NCBI GenBank assembly: GCA_964435605.1
Contig: CAYTAN010000001.1
Coordinates: forward strand, 3,278-53,508
Length of the DNA stretch: 50,231 nt
Source: an uncultured Dehalococcoidia bacterium
GTDB taxonomy: Bacteria > Chloroflexota > Dehalococcoidia > Lucifugimonadales > UBA826
Reading direction: 5' to 3'
In this document: positions 37,217 to 46,728 of the stretch, piece after piece
Position numbering within the stretch: position 1 is the first letter of the stretch
Layout of the letters: each line of letters begins with the position of its first letter
Notes under the pieces: model-generated
Told to the model about the DNA's origin: nothing
The model's database searches: none
Seen by the model: only the letters and a program-made list of their open reading frames with translations
Translations under genes and position numbers: made by a program

Positions 37217-40200
37217 TTGTTTACACATCTGCACGTTCACAGCGAATACAGTATGCTTGACGGTCTGGCTAGAATTTCTCCTCTTGTCAATCAAGCTTCA
37301 CACTTAGGAATGAAAAGTTTGGCTCTTACAGATCATGGAGCTTTATATGGAGCCATTGACTTCTATCGTGAGGCTAAGAAAGTTGGAGTTAAGCCGATTA
37401 TTGGGTGTGAGATGTACCTCGCAAGAGGAAGTAGGTTTGATCGTAATCCTAGCGAGAAGATTCATCATATGACTGTCTTGGCTAAAGATATGTCAGGCTA
37501 TCAAAATCTCGTAGACTTAGTGACCAAATCTAATTTAGAAGGTTATTACAAGAAACCGAGAGTAGATAAGGAACTATTGGAGAGACACTCGGAAGGGTTG
37601 GTAGTTATGTCTGGTTGCCCAAGTGGAGAGATTCCTTGGCTGTTGGCTCAAGACAGATACACGGAGGCGTTGGAGTCTGCGCAATGGTACAAGGAGTTAT
37701 TCGGCTCTTATTTTCTTGAATTGATGTCTCATGGGGGTGTTCCGGACTTGCCTGAGATAAATAAAGGACTTTATAAGCTTAATAAGGAAACTAATATTCC
37801 ACTGGTAGCTACTAATGATTCCCATTATGTATTGCAGGAACACGCTCCCAATCATGATGTTTTGCTGTGCATACAAACCGCCACAAATATAAATGATCCT
37901 ACTAGAATGAGATTTGAGGAGTCTTCATATCATCTGAAAAGTCATGATGAAATGTCGGATCTTTTTCGGGATGTACCTGAAGCTATCAAGAATACCGAGA
38001 TGGTCGCTGAAATGTGTAATCTTGAGCTGGACTTTGGGAAACAGAGATTGCCAGAATTTCCTGTCCCTGAGGGAATGGATTCTAATGAGTATCTTTCTAG
38101 AATATGTTGGGAAGGGTACAAATCCAAATTGTCTGGGACAGGCGAGGAGTACAGGAAAAGGTTAGAGTATGAGTTGTCAGTTATTAAAGAGACTCAATTT
38201 CCGGATTATTTTTTAGTTGTTTGGGATATCGCTAGGTTTGTCCGTAAAAACGATATTTTTTTTACAGTTAGAGGAAGTGCCGCTGCTAGTCTTGTTCTTT
38301 ATTGCCTTGGGGTAACCGATGTTGATCCCATGCCTTTTAAGCTAGTGTTTGAAAGATTTCTAAACTTAGAAAGAAAGGAAATGCCTGATATCGACATGGA
38401 TTTCCAGGATGACAGGCGTCAAGAGGTGATAAATTATTGCGCTTCTCGATACGGCAGAGAACATGTTGCGCACATAATAACTTTTGGCACTTTTGGTGCC
38501 AAACAATCTATTCGTGACGCAGGTCGTGCTTTGGGGATGACATTGGATAGCGTCGATAGAATCGCACGTATGATACCTGACAAATTGAACATCGGGATCT
38601 CGGAGTCACTTGTACAAAGTGCCGAATTGAAGACAAATTTTGATTCAAGCCCTGAAACTCAAACCTTGATAGAGACGGCAAAGCAGCTTGAAGGGGTGAC
38701 CAGACATAAAAGTCTTCATGCTGCTGGAGTCGTGATATCCAAAGAGCCACTTAATGAAGTCGTGCCACTCGAATTTACTTCTAGAGGAGACGATGCCGGC
38801 GCCGTAATGACACAGTATGCTATGGATCCTTTAGCAGATCTTGGACTGCTTAAAATGGATTTCCTTGGTCTTGTTAATCTAACAGTACTAGATCAGGCGG
38901 TAAATTCCGTCAAGGAAAATTATGGGGTATCTTTGAGATTAGCAGAGATACCACTAGATGATAAAAATGCGTTTGATCTGCTTTCTAGAGGAGAAACCGT
39001 TGGTATTTTTCAATTGGAAAGCGCAGGGATGACTCGGCATATAAAAGAGCTAAAACCTTCCTCCTTGGGAGATGTTGCTGCAATGATCGCTTTGTTCAGA
39101 CCTGGTCCCATGGAGCATATAGGGACATTTATCGATGGCAAACATGGGAGAAGAGAGGTCACATATGTTCATCCTGCGTTGGAGGACATATTGGAGGAGA
39201 CGTATGGGGTTATTGTTTATCAAGATCAAGTTCTACACATCGCTAGAGAATTTGCTGGATACACATTGGGAGAAGCAGATATAGTCAGAAAAGCCATGGG
39301 GAAAAAAGTTCCTGAAATTATGGCTGAAGAAAAGGAAAAATTTCTAAATGGAGCTTTAGAGAAAGGACATTCCTCTGATTTAGCTGAAACTGTATTCGAT
39401 TTGGTTGAACCTTTTGCTGGATATGCGTTTAACAAAGCACACAGCGTCAGTTATGGTCTCGTGTCTTATTGGACTGCTTATTTCAAGGCGAATTACCCTG
39501 CCGAGTATATGGCGGCCTTTATGAATTCGTACATGGACAATAAAGATCGCTTGATAGCGGCGGTCGCGGATTGTAGAAGAATGGATATTGATGTTCTTCC
39601 GCCGGACATTAACAAAAGCGAAATTGGTTTTACGGTACAGCCAAGTGAAGACGGGTCACAGTCAATTAGGTTTGGGCTCGCTGCGGTAAAGAATGTAGGT
39701 TCAGAGGCGCTCCGTCCTTTAGTTGAGTCAAGAGTAGATGTAGCTGAGTTTGATTCAATAGAATTGCTGTGCAAAGAAGGGAATCTCTCGAGTTTAAATA
39801 AAAAAGCTATCGAATCTCTGATAATGGCTGGAGCCTTTGATGATTTTGGTGATAGAGCTGGGATACTAGAGGTGGCTGACCGAATATCATCACTAGCTCA
39901 AGAAGAAGCCAATTTGAAACATTCCAACCAATCTTCCATGTTCGACATGTTCGGTGAGTCTGTTGAATCGTCACTTTCCTCGATAGAAGTCCCACTTCTA
40001 TCTACAAGTGATCAACAGAAAAGAATGTGGGAAGTGGAGCTTATGGGTATAAGCATATCGGCTGCTAATAATTTAGAAAAACTTTTGCATGGACTTGATC
40101 AGGACACTTACGTGATGATCGCAAAAATTCAGAATGAAAATGTAAGAGGCCGGATCACATTGGGAGGACAGGTTTCTACTGTTGTGGACAGGATGACCAG

Positions 40201-40831
40201 GGACAATAGACCTTTCAAAGTTGTGACAATGGAAATGTTGGATGGTAGCTTGGAAGCTGTAGTTTGGGAGGACATATTATCCAAGACAATGAACTTGTGG
40301 GAGCCTGGGAAGCTTCTTGAAATACGTGGAAATATCAGGGAACGCGATGGTGATATCACAATTAGTGTTCAAAATGGTGTTGAGTTAGACCTGAAAACTA
40401 CATTGAAGTACGACAAAAATGGAGCAATAGACCTGAATAATAATGGCTACGAGAAAACTGGGAAAGAAAAACCGGCTTATATTGAAACCGCTAAAGTCAA
40501 TAAGGTGACTTCTAGTGAAAGTAACGGAACAAGTAATGGAACACAATCGCCAGAATATGATGCGGCTGCTACTAACAGAAAGAAATTGATACTACGCATC
40601 AAGGAGTCTGCTGACGAGCATCAAGACAAAATGATGCTTGATGATCTAAAGAGATTGCTTTTAAATTCATCAGGAATAGATGATGTTGCTCTCGAGATAG
40701 AAACAGCAGAGTCACTGGTCTTTATGGAATGGTATCCGGTAAAAGTAAACGTAAGTCGTGAACTTGAGGACGATCTTAATTCTGTTCTGGGCGCTTCCGG
40801 GAAAGTCTCAATACAGAGCTCCATGTTTTAG
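37217..40831 (+). CDS. dnaE: DNA polymerase III subunit alpha
   Basis: 1204 aa with a TTG start giving MFTHLHVHSEYSMLDG (PHP domain). It has the polymerase core motifs (PDIDMDF, FRPGPM) and an OB fold near the C-terminus. Confidence 0.96.
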   Translation: MFTHLHVHSEYSMLDGLARISPLVNQASHLGMKSLALTDHGALYGAIDFYREAKKVGVKPIIGCEMYLARGSRFDRNPSEKIHHMTVLAKDMSGYQNLVDLVTKSNLEGYYKKPRVDKELLERHSEGLVVMSGCPSGEIPWLLAQDRYTEALESAQWYKELFGSYFLELMSHGGVPDLPEINKGLYKLNKETNIPLVATNDSHYVLQEHAPNHDVLLCIQTATNINDPTRMRFEESSYHLKSHDEMSDLFRDVPEAIKNTEMVAEMCNLELDFGKQRLPEFPVPEGMDSNEYLSRICWEGYKSKLSGTGEEYRKRLEYELSVIKETQFPDYFLVVWDIARFVRKNDIFFTVRGSAAASLVLYCLGVTDVDPMPFKLVFERFLNLERKEMPDIDMDFQDDRRQEVINYCASRYGREHVAHIITFGTFGAKQSIRDAGRALGMTLDSVDRIARMIPDKLNIGISESLVQSAELKTNFDSSPETQTLIETAKQLEGVTRHKSLHAAGVVISKEPLNEVVPLEFTSRGDDAGAVMTQYAMDPLADLGLLKMDFLGLVNLTVLDQAVNSVKENYGVSLRLAEIPLDDKNAFDLLSRGETVGIFQLESAGMTRHIKELKPSSLGDVAAMIALFRPGPMEHIGTFIDGKHGRREVTYVHPALEDILEETYGVIVYQDQVLHIAREFAGYTLGEADIVRKAMGKKVPEIMAEEKEKFLNGALEKGHSSDLAETVFDLVEPFAGYAFNKAHSVSYGLVSYWTAYFKANYPAEYMAAFMNSYMDNKDRLIAAVADCRRMDIDVLPPDINKSEIGFTVQPSEDGSQSIRFGLAAVKNVGSEALRPLVESRVDVAEFDSIELLCKEGNLSSLNKKAIESLIMAGAFDDFGDRAGILEVADRISSLAQEEANLKHSNQSSMFDMFGESVESSLSSIEVPLLSTSDQQKRMWEVELMGISISAANNLEKLLHGLDQDTYVMIAKIQNENVRGRITLGGQVSTVVDRMTRDNRPFKVVTMEMLDGSLEAVVWEDILSKTMNLWEPGKLLEIRGNIRERDGDITISVQNGVELDLKTTLKYDKNGAIDLNNNGYEKTGKEKPAYIETAKVNKVTSSESNGTSNGTQSPEYDAAATNRKKLILRIKESADEHQDKMMLDDLKRLLLNSSGIDDVALEIETAESLVFMEWYPVKVNVSRELEDDLNSVLGASGKVSIQSSMF

Positions 40832-40859
40832 TTTGTATTGAGACTGGATAATTACTTGA

Positions 40860-41369
40860 TTAATGTAGCTGTTCAAGTTCAAGTAATCGTTGTTTTAGAT
40901 CTAATTGTTTAGTTTCTTTACCAAATCCAACAAGCGATCCATCTTGCCCAACTACCCTATGACAGGGTACTAATAATGGTGTCTTATTATTGGCCATTGC
41001 TTGTCCGGCGGCCCTGATTGCCTTTTTATTACCAGACTTTGCTGCTAGCCATTTGTATGTGCGAGTTTCCCCTTTTGGAATAGTGCGACAGGCCTTCCAT
41101 GCCGAGGTAAAGAAAGGAGGCGATTTTTTTAAATATATAGGTATAGTTGATAAATTCTCATTGTGTCCTGACAGATATCGTCTGATTTTTTCTATCGGTG
41201 AATCGAAATTTTGAGATTGATCATCATTGATGCTTTCCCATAATGAGACGGAATTCAAACAGTCTTGTTTTTGACTATACGGGAGCGTTGTTCTACTTAC
41301 TTTGAAGTTCTTGATTTCGATCCCTACCCATCCAAACCTTGTTTCGAATACCCTTTTTTGAAAAATCAT
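40860..41369 (-). CDS. ogt: methylated-DNA--protein-cysteine methyltransferase
   Basis: The active-site motif is LLVPCHRVVG. It is preceded by the helix-turn-helix region YKWLA...AIRAAGQAMANN. Confidence 0.88.
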   Translation of the reverse strand: MIFQKRVFETRFGWVGIEIKNFKVSRTTLPYSQKQDCLNSVSLWESINDDQSQNFDSPIEKIRRYLSGHNENLSTIPIYLKKSPPFFTSAWKACRTIPKGETRTYKWLAAKSGNKKAIRAAGQAMANNKTPLLVPCHRVVGQDGSLVGFGKETKQLDLKQRLLELEQLH

Positions 41370-41447
41370 GTATAGCCTCTAGCGCTTGTACACTGTAACC
41401 TTAGTTTGCATTTCCCACTAATGAATTATAAGTAGAGGTAGTGAATT

Positions 41448-42503
41448 TTGAAATTCGGTATATTTTGGCAGGTTCCCGGATATGAAGGATCGTCCGTTCC
41501 GGATAGGCATTGGGAAACAGTTGATGAAATTGAGTTGGCAGATGATCTAGGGTTCACACAGGCATGGCTGGCTGAGTCCCCATTCTACCCTACAAGGCCT
41601 ATGTCCCAGCCATTATTGGTTGCCAGTGCGGCAGCCCAACGGACTAATAATATTAGGTTTGGCACATTGGCGGCCCAGATTCCACTCCATCACCCTGTTG
41701 ATTATGCTTCTACCATTGCAACTTGCGATATTTTAACGAATGGGAGATTTGATTTATGTGTAGGAGGTAGATTTGGCAGTAAGGCGAGCCAGGTAGTAGG
41801 AATGTCAGAGGACATCGATAATTCACAAAGCCGAGAAATGGTGTCTGAATACGTTGACATACTTAGGCAGTCTTGGACTAATGAAAGATTGACCTATAAA
41901 GGTAAATATTGGAATTTTGATGATGTACCAGTCATACCTAAGCCAATGCAGAGACCATATCCCTCTCTTTTGATGGCTGCCAACAGTGATTCCTCTTTTG
42001 AGTTCGCTGCTTCTCAAGGCATGGGTGTTATAGGTACCATGCTCAGCCAGCCTCTGGAGAATTTGAAGATGCACAGCGATACTTTTCACAAGGTTAAAAA
42101 TAGATTGAAATCAAACGAGGGGAAACAACCGTTTCACATTGCCATTTCTTTTTTTGTTGCGGAAACTAGAGAAAAGGCCCAAAAGATTATGAGGGAGAAC
42201 TGGAGAGATTCTGACGTAATATCTGATGGCCCTCCCGTTCATTCTTCTGCCATAGGAGGGGGGAGACATGATTTCTCTTCAGGGGCTGGTGGTTGGGCTA
42301 CTTGGAATTTTCAGTCCGCACTTGAGCACTGCATATACGATTCTCCCGAAGGATGCATTGAGAGATTGGCAAGAATAATGGCTACGGTAGATAACGTAGA
42401 CCAGATAATTTTGGAATTTAATCGAAGAGGTAGGATTTCTAGTGAGGTGGTCAAAAAATCAATGAAACTATTCGGAGATAAAGTTTTGCCATCGCTCGCC
42501 TAA
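41448..42503 (+). CDS. LLM-class (luciferase-like) flavin-dependent oxidoreductase
   Basis: 351 aa with a TTG start preceded by GAGG. It begins with the typical MKFGIFW...GF..AWLAE N-terminus. Confidence 0.85.
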   Translation: MKFGIFWQVPGYEGSSVPDRHWETVDEIELADDLGFTQAWLAESPFYPTRPMSQPLLVASAAAQRTNNIRFGTLAAQIPLHHPVDYASTIATCDILTNGRFDLCVGGRFGSKASQVVGMSEDIDNSQSREMVSEYVDILRQSWTNERLTYKGKYWNFDDVPVIPKPMQRPYPSLLMAANSDSSFEFAASQGMGVIGTMLSQPLENLKMHSDTFHKVKNRLKSNEGKQPFHIAISFFVAETREKAQKIMRENWRDSDVISDGPPVHSSAIGGGRHDFSSGAGGWATWNFQSALEHCIYDSPEGCIERLARIMATVDNVDQIILEFNRRGRISSEVVKKSMKLFGDKVLPSLA

Positions 42504-43570
42504 AGACGGTAGTTTTGGGCCAGTGCATACAGTTTAGACCAATTAAACCATTTGTATTTTTTATTCAATAAGGCAATAACTATTAAGTTTAATAAGATTT
42601 GAATAGGAATATCGGGTAAGAAAGCGTATTTTTGAATGGGAATAATGAATAGCGAGGGGCTATTTAGTACGCTGACATCTGTATTTGCAATCAGAAAAAT
42701 CCACACATTGTTCATTATGTGTAGTCCGGTTGCAATTTCTATTCCCCCGTCAATTATTGTAACCAATGACAAAAACGTTCCCATAATGAATATCGCTGTT
42801 ATATAGGGCATAAATCCGTACTCATAAGGCTCTGGGTTTGATAAGTGTAATGATGTAAATAAGGCACTAGATATCAATATTGCTGCTAGCCTATTTCTAA
42901 AAACTAAATGTATGCCTTGCAATAGATATCCACGGAAGAATACTTCTTCCATGAATGCTTGGATTGGAGTGAGCATTAAAACAAAAAGAAAAAATAGTAA
43001 ATATTCTGTTACTCCCGGCGATTGAAATTTAATACCTGAATCAGACAGTGATAACTCCAAAATTAGTAATACCGTCAAGATAGAACCCACAATGGATGCG
43101 CTAAACAACACTCTTTTATAGTCAATATATCGACGGGCGGTGAAAAGATGGGTAAATTGTTTCTTGTGTAGGATTTTGGTTACATAGTAAATCCCAATTA
43201 AACCTATGACGAAGCCCGCATTGGCGACAATGAAATTTGGCGTATATGAATTCCCTATTATTATGTAATCTTCGCAGTAGAAGCTTTCAAGGGATAAATA
43301 TGATAGAGCCTCACATGTCACCCAGGTCGGAACAAAACCCACCAGATTCCAAATCATCAATATTAATAAAATTGAGATAATCCATACCCACCATTTGTTG
43401 ACCCCTAATTTGGCGTTGTTCAAGAAAATGAAATTTGCAGATGGATATTGGTTAGGACCAAGGATTTGTTTTCTTGTACCTATTTCACTTCCACAGCGAC
43501 CACAATATTTGTGTATTGCTGAGTTCGCGGTTGCACCACACCTAATACAAAACCTATTTTGAGGGTTCAA
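42500..43570 (-). CDS. CPBP (CAAX/Abi) family intramembrane metalloprotease with an N-terminal zinc-ribbon
   Basis: The N-terminus carries CIRCG-x13-CGRCG. Multiple TM segments follow. The CPBP motifs are EEVFFRGY, FTSLHL and HIMNN. The start is TTG, so start confidence is moderate. Confidence 0.75.
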   Translation of the reverse strand: MNPQNRFCIRCGATANSAIHKYCGRCGSEIGTRKQILGPNQYPSANFIFLNNAKLGVNKWWVWIISILLILMIWNLVGFVPTWVTCEALSYLSLESFYCEDYIIIGNSYTPNFIVANAGFVIGLIGIYYVTKILHKKQFTHLFTARRYIDYKRVLFSASIVGSILTVLLILELSLSDSGIKFQSPGVTEYLLFFLFVLMLTPIQAFMEEVFFRGYLLQGIHLVFRNRLAAILISSALFTSLHLSNPEPYEYGFMPYITAIFIMGTFLSLVTIIDGGIEIATGLHIMNNVWIFLIANTDVSVLNSPSLFIIPIQKYAFLPDIPIQILLNLIVIALLNKKYKWFNWSKLYALAQNYRL

Positions 43571-43643
43571 TAGGTAAATTTACCCATATGCGCGCCAATA
43601 TTAAGACAGAACATAAATGTTTTAAGGCCATGTAGCATGTATA

Positions 43644-44855
43644 TTAACCTACAACCTCCTTAAAATACCTAAGGTAATTTATGCCTAACAGTTTTTTTAG
43701 TTCATCTTCATTGAAACCTTTCTCTGCTAGTTTTACGGTAATATTTGGCCAGTCACCGAAGTTGGAATATCCTTCTATTCTGTAATCTGGGGTAAGCCTA
43801 TGCTCCGGGCGAAAGCCACCCCAGTTAAATTCATCTGGATGCTTTTTGAAATATTCGATTTGTCCTGGCATGCTTTCAGGAAATTCATGATCATATATGA
43901 GGCCAGTTTCAGGTCCATTAGCACAAATATCAGTACCTATCCCCACATGGTCAATGCCCATTATGTTCACAAGGTGGGTTACATGGTTTGCGAAATCATC
44001 TAGCGTAGCTATACTGCCGTTGTTCTGTATAAAACCAGGTACAATAACTACCCCAAAGAATCCCCCTTTTTCGGCGATCGCCTTTGCTAAATCGTCGTCT
44101 TTTCCTCTATCGTGAAAACAGATTGAATTACTTGAGGAATGAGTCACAATTATTGGAGCTGAGGATATTTCAAGGGCATCCCAGCCAACTTGTTGGCTAC
44201 AATGACTAACATCAACCGCCATATTCATCTCATTTAGTTTTTGGACTACAGTTTGACCAAAATATGTCAATCCGGTTTTATACCGTTCCGTACACCCGTC
44301 ACCAACTAGGTTACGCAAATTATAAGTAAGTTGGACTACCCTAAGGCCCAAATTGTAAAAATAGTCTATTTTTGAAAGGTCTGTACCGAATGGCAATGTG
44401 TCCTGGAAGTCGAGAATTAGGCCGTGTTTGCCCGAACTATAGACAGTCTCGATATCTTCAGCTTTGAGGATGAGTTGTAACTCGCCTTGCAGGGCATCAA
44501 TGTAACCTCTGGCCTGAGCTATTCCCTCTGTTGCACTCTCAAAAGCCTTCTCGATTTCTATACCAGCACTGTATGTTCCACTGGCTACACTAACTCCTGA
44601 ACGGTGCCAGAGGGATAAATATTGCTCCCTAGCTGATTCAGAATCGCGAATTTCATCCATGGCAATTTTGGACAATTGATTGGATGCTTGAGCCCTGGTG
44701 TATCCGGCCTTATCCATATCCAGAAGGTCTAGTTTCATTCTTTCTGTAAATAGAAATCCTGAAGTCGCAGGAGGTTGCTTACTGTCAATTACAAGGGCTT
44801 CTTGATGTAGCTGTAAAGCCTCTTGGTCTGATAGATGTCGTACTTGTCTTTTCAA
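43644..44855 (-). CDS. membrane-dipeptidase-like (M19 family) metallopeptidase
   Basis: 403 aa with a TTG start preceded by GGAG. It has ALVIDS, MAVDVSHCS, IVTHSSS and HVGIGTD motifs typical of renal-dipeptidase family enzymes. Confidence 0.8.
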   Translation of the reverse strand: MKRQVRHLSDQEALQLHQEALVIDSKQPPATSGFLFTERMKLDLLDMDKAGYTRAQASNQLSKIAMDEIRDSESAREQYLSLWHRSGVSVASGTYSAGIEIEKAFESATEGIAQARGYIDALQGELQLILKAEDIETVYSSGKHGLILDFQDTLPFGTDLSKIDYFYNLGLRVVQLTYNLRNLVGDGCTERYKTGLTYFGQTVVQKLNEMNMAVDVSHCSQQVGWDALEISSAPIIVTHSSSNSICFHDRGKDDDLAKAIAEKGGFFGVVIVPGFIQNNGSIATLDDFANHVTHLVNIMGIDHVGIGTDICANGPETGLIYDHEFPESMPGQIEYFKKHPDEFNWGGFRPEHRLTPDYRIEGYSNFGDWPNITVKLAEKGFNEDELKKLLGINYLRYFKEVVG

Positions 44856-44953
44856 GAAACAGGCTCCTTTGAACTTACTGAGTATTGATTGGTTGGATGT
44901 TAACAGAAGAATTTACGATAGTATGTTTTCGTGTTCCGTTATAGCTGTATAGT

Positions 44954-44982
44954 TTGACTAAACGTTAAGTTGTGTAAATAAT
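44954..44982 (+). promoter_or_regulatory. putative promoter of the lyase/CoA-transferase module
   Basis: TTGACT (44954-44959), a 17-nt spacer, then AATAAT (44977-44982). A 6-bp inverted repeat AAGTTG-N10-CAACTT overlaps the -10 region. Confidence 0.35.
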
Positions 44983-45025
44983 CAACTTCATACGATCGAA
45001 GGTACCTTTTTTGAAGGATGTTTAA

Positions 45026-45967
45026 TTGACTACAGTTTCAGGTTTTGAAGATTCCCATTTAGATAGGTTGAAGGCTGTTAGAAGGTCTAAATTAGAGATT
45101 GGGACTAGTTCAGAATTTACTTTTGAAGATGCTATTGTTAGTGGTGCGGACACAATAGTACTGTGTGATTCGTATAATCAGACAAGCACTTCGGTGAATC
45201 AAAAAACTGAAGTTCTTGAGCTTGTTGAAGTGATTAAGAGTAAGAATCTGGATGTGCTGATTAGGCTGTCAGATTTGTCTGATCAATCTTTAGAACTTTG
45301 GTTAATCAGGGGTATATCAGGGGTCGCTATAGAAGTGGAGGATGCCAATGAAGTTGTCGATATTTCTAATCGTATCTCAAAAATAGAAATATCAAAGGAT
45401 ATACCTCAAAGTACCTTCGAATTGGATTTGGTTTTCGGAACGGCCAGTTCAATCATTGACTGCTTTGATATAGCACGCTCTAGCTCTAGAATAGCATCCT
45501 TAAATTTGGATGAGCCAAAATTATACAAAGAGCTAGGTATCCCGTTTACAGGTGAAGAAGACGCTCTGGCTTTCTCTAGAGGACGACTTATTGTTGCAGC
45601 GCGGGCAGCCAAAATTCAGTCACATGGCCTCGCATTTATTAAAGATCATGAAAACAGGTGGTCATTTGATGAACAAGTAGCTCTTTCAAGAAAAATGGGA
45701 TTTTCTGGGGCATATTGTAAGTCTTTACATGAGATTCCTTATCTAAATAAAGGATTTGCTCCTAGTGAGTCTGAATATGAGAGGGCTTTAAAGGTTATTC
45801 AAACTATGGATAAAGCTTTCGAGATGGGATTAGGTGCCGTCACCCTTGGCGGGAGTGAAATGATAGATATAGCTATGGTGAGGCATGCTGAAAATACGAT
45901 TTTCAGACACACAGCCGTACAGGCAAAAGAGGCTCAATTCAGACCTACTGAGGAGTCAAATGATTGA
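45026..45967 (+). CDS. CitE/HpcH-HpaI-like TIM-barrel protein, divergent paralog 1 (catalytic signature not conserved)
   Basis: 313 aa with a TTG start preceded by GAAGGA. It is colinear with CitE-like lyases in spacing, but the motifs read IVLCDSYN, LIRLSD, AIEVEDANEV, LVFGTASS and LNLDEPKLYKELG. The C-terminal lid region (GAVTLGGSEMIDIAMVRHAE) resembles CitE. Confidence 0.6.
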   Translation: MTTVSGFEDSHLDRLKAVRRSKLEIGTSSEFTFEDAIVSGADTIVLCDSYNQTSTSVNQKTEVLELVEVIKSKNLDVLIRLSDLSDQSLELWLIRGISGVAIEVEDANEVVDISNRISKIEISKDIPQSTFELDLVFGTASSIIDCFDIARSSSRIASLNLDEPKLYKELGIPFTGEEDALAFSRGRLIVAARAAKIQSHGLAFIKDHENRWSFDEQVALSRKMGFSGAYCKSLHEIPYLNKGFAPSESEYERALKVIQTMDKAFEMGLGAVTLGGSEMIDIAMVRHAENTIFRHTAVQAKEAQFRPTEESND

Positions 45968-46728
45968 TGAATAAACATGTTAGGTCACTATTGTTAGTTG
46001 CGGCAGGGGATGAAAACCTGGATCAAAAATTGAGTTGGGATCCTGATGCTGTCGTTTTGGACTTGACCGACTTGATACATCCTTCCTACTTTGATCAAGC
46101 AAAGGAACTTATCCCAAATCAAATATCTCTATTAGGAAGCAGAGAGATTTTTTCTTTGGTTCGGATGAGTATGGAGCAATTATCTGATGATTTGGGTGCG
46201 TTTGTTGATGCAGGTGTTGATGCACTGATGTTAAGTGGGTTAGAGGAATCTTCTGATATTGAAAGTGTAGAACAAAAATTAACTGCTTTGGAATCGGAAA
46301 GAGGAATTGAAGTAGGTTCCACTAAATTGATTCCATATTTGTCTTCAATGTCAGGTTTATTTAATGCTTCTTCAATAATAAAGGATAGTTCCAGAATAAT
46401 TGCTATTACTATCGGGGTAGGTGACATGGCTTTTGACTTATCTGAATCAGAAGATAAGGAACTTTTTTTCTATACGGGCCCAAATCCAAGGATCTCGTCT
46501 CCTGAATTTCTAATTACACGTACTACCATCATGGCTCAGTGTAAAAAAGGAATTGATGTTTTAGGTGTACTGGGTACTACTATTGCCCCGGGCTTCGCCA
46601 ACAGCGATCATTTGATCGTTACAGCGAACAGGTCTGCGAGGTTGGGCATTAAAGGGGCGCTTACCCTTCACGAGGAAGGTTTAGTTGCTTGCCGGCAAGC
46701 TTTTAATGTATTTAGCAAAGAAAGGTAA
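45967..46728 (+). CDS. CitE/HpcH-HpaI-like TIM-barrel protein, divergent paralog 2 (truncated, catalytic signature partly lost)
   Basis: The ATG overlaps the upstream TGA (TGATG). The motifs are VVLDLTDL, LVRMS, LMLSGLEES, LIPYLSSMSG and IGVGDMAFDLS, with CitE-like spacing. It lacks the C-terminal lid domain. Confidence 0.6.
   Translation: MNKHVRSLLLVAAGDENLDQKLSWDPDAVVLDLTDLIHPSYFDQAKELIPNQISLLGSREIFSLVRMSMEQLSDDLGAFVDAGVDALMLSGLEESSDIESVEQKLTALESERGIEVGSTKLIPYLSSMSGLFNASSIIKDSSRIIAITIGVGDMAFDLSESEDKELFFYTGPNPRISSPEFLITRTTIMAQCKKGIDVLGVLGTTIAPGFANSDHLIVTANRSARLGIKGALTLHEEGLVACRQAFNVFSKER

Noticed and set aside
37217-40831. Possible intein or unusual insertion in the 1204-aa DnaE
   Set aside because: The length is within the normal DnaE range and the PHP, palm, fingers and OB motifs appear in uninterrupted order. 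The Asn/Ser/Thr-rich linker near the C-terminus looks like an ordinary interdomain linker.
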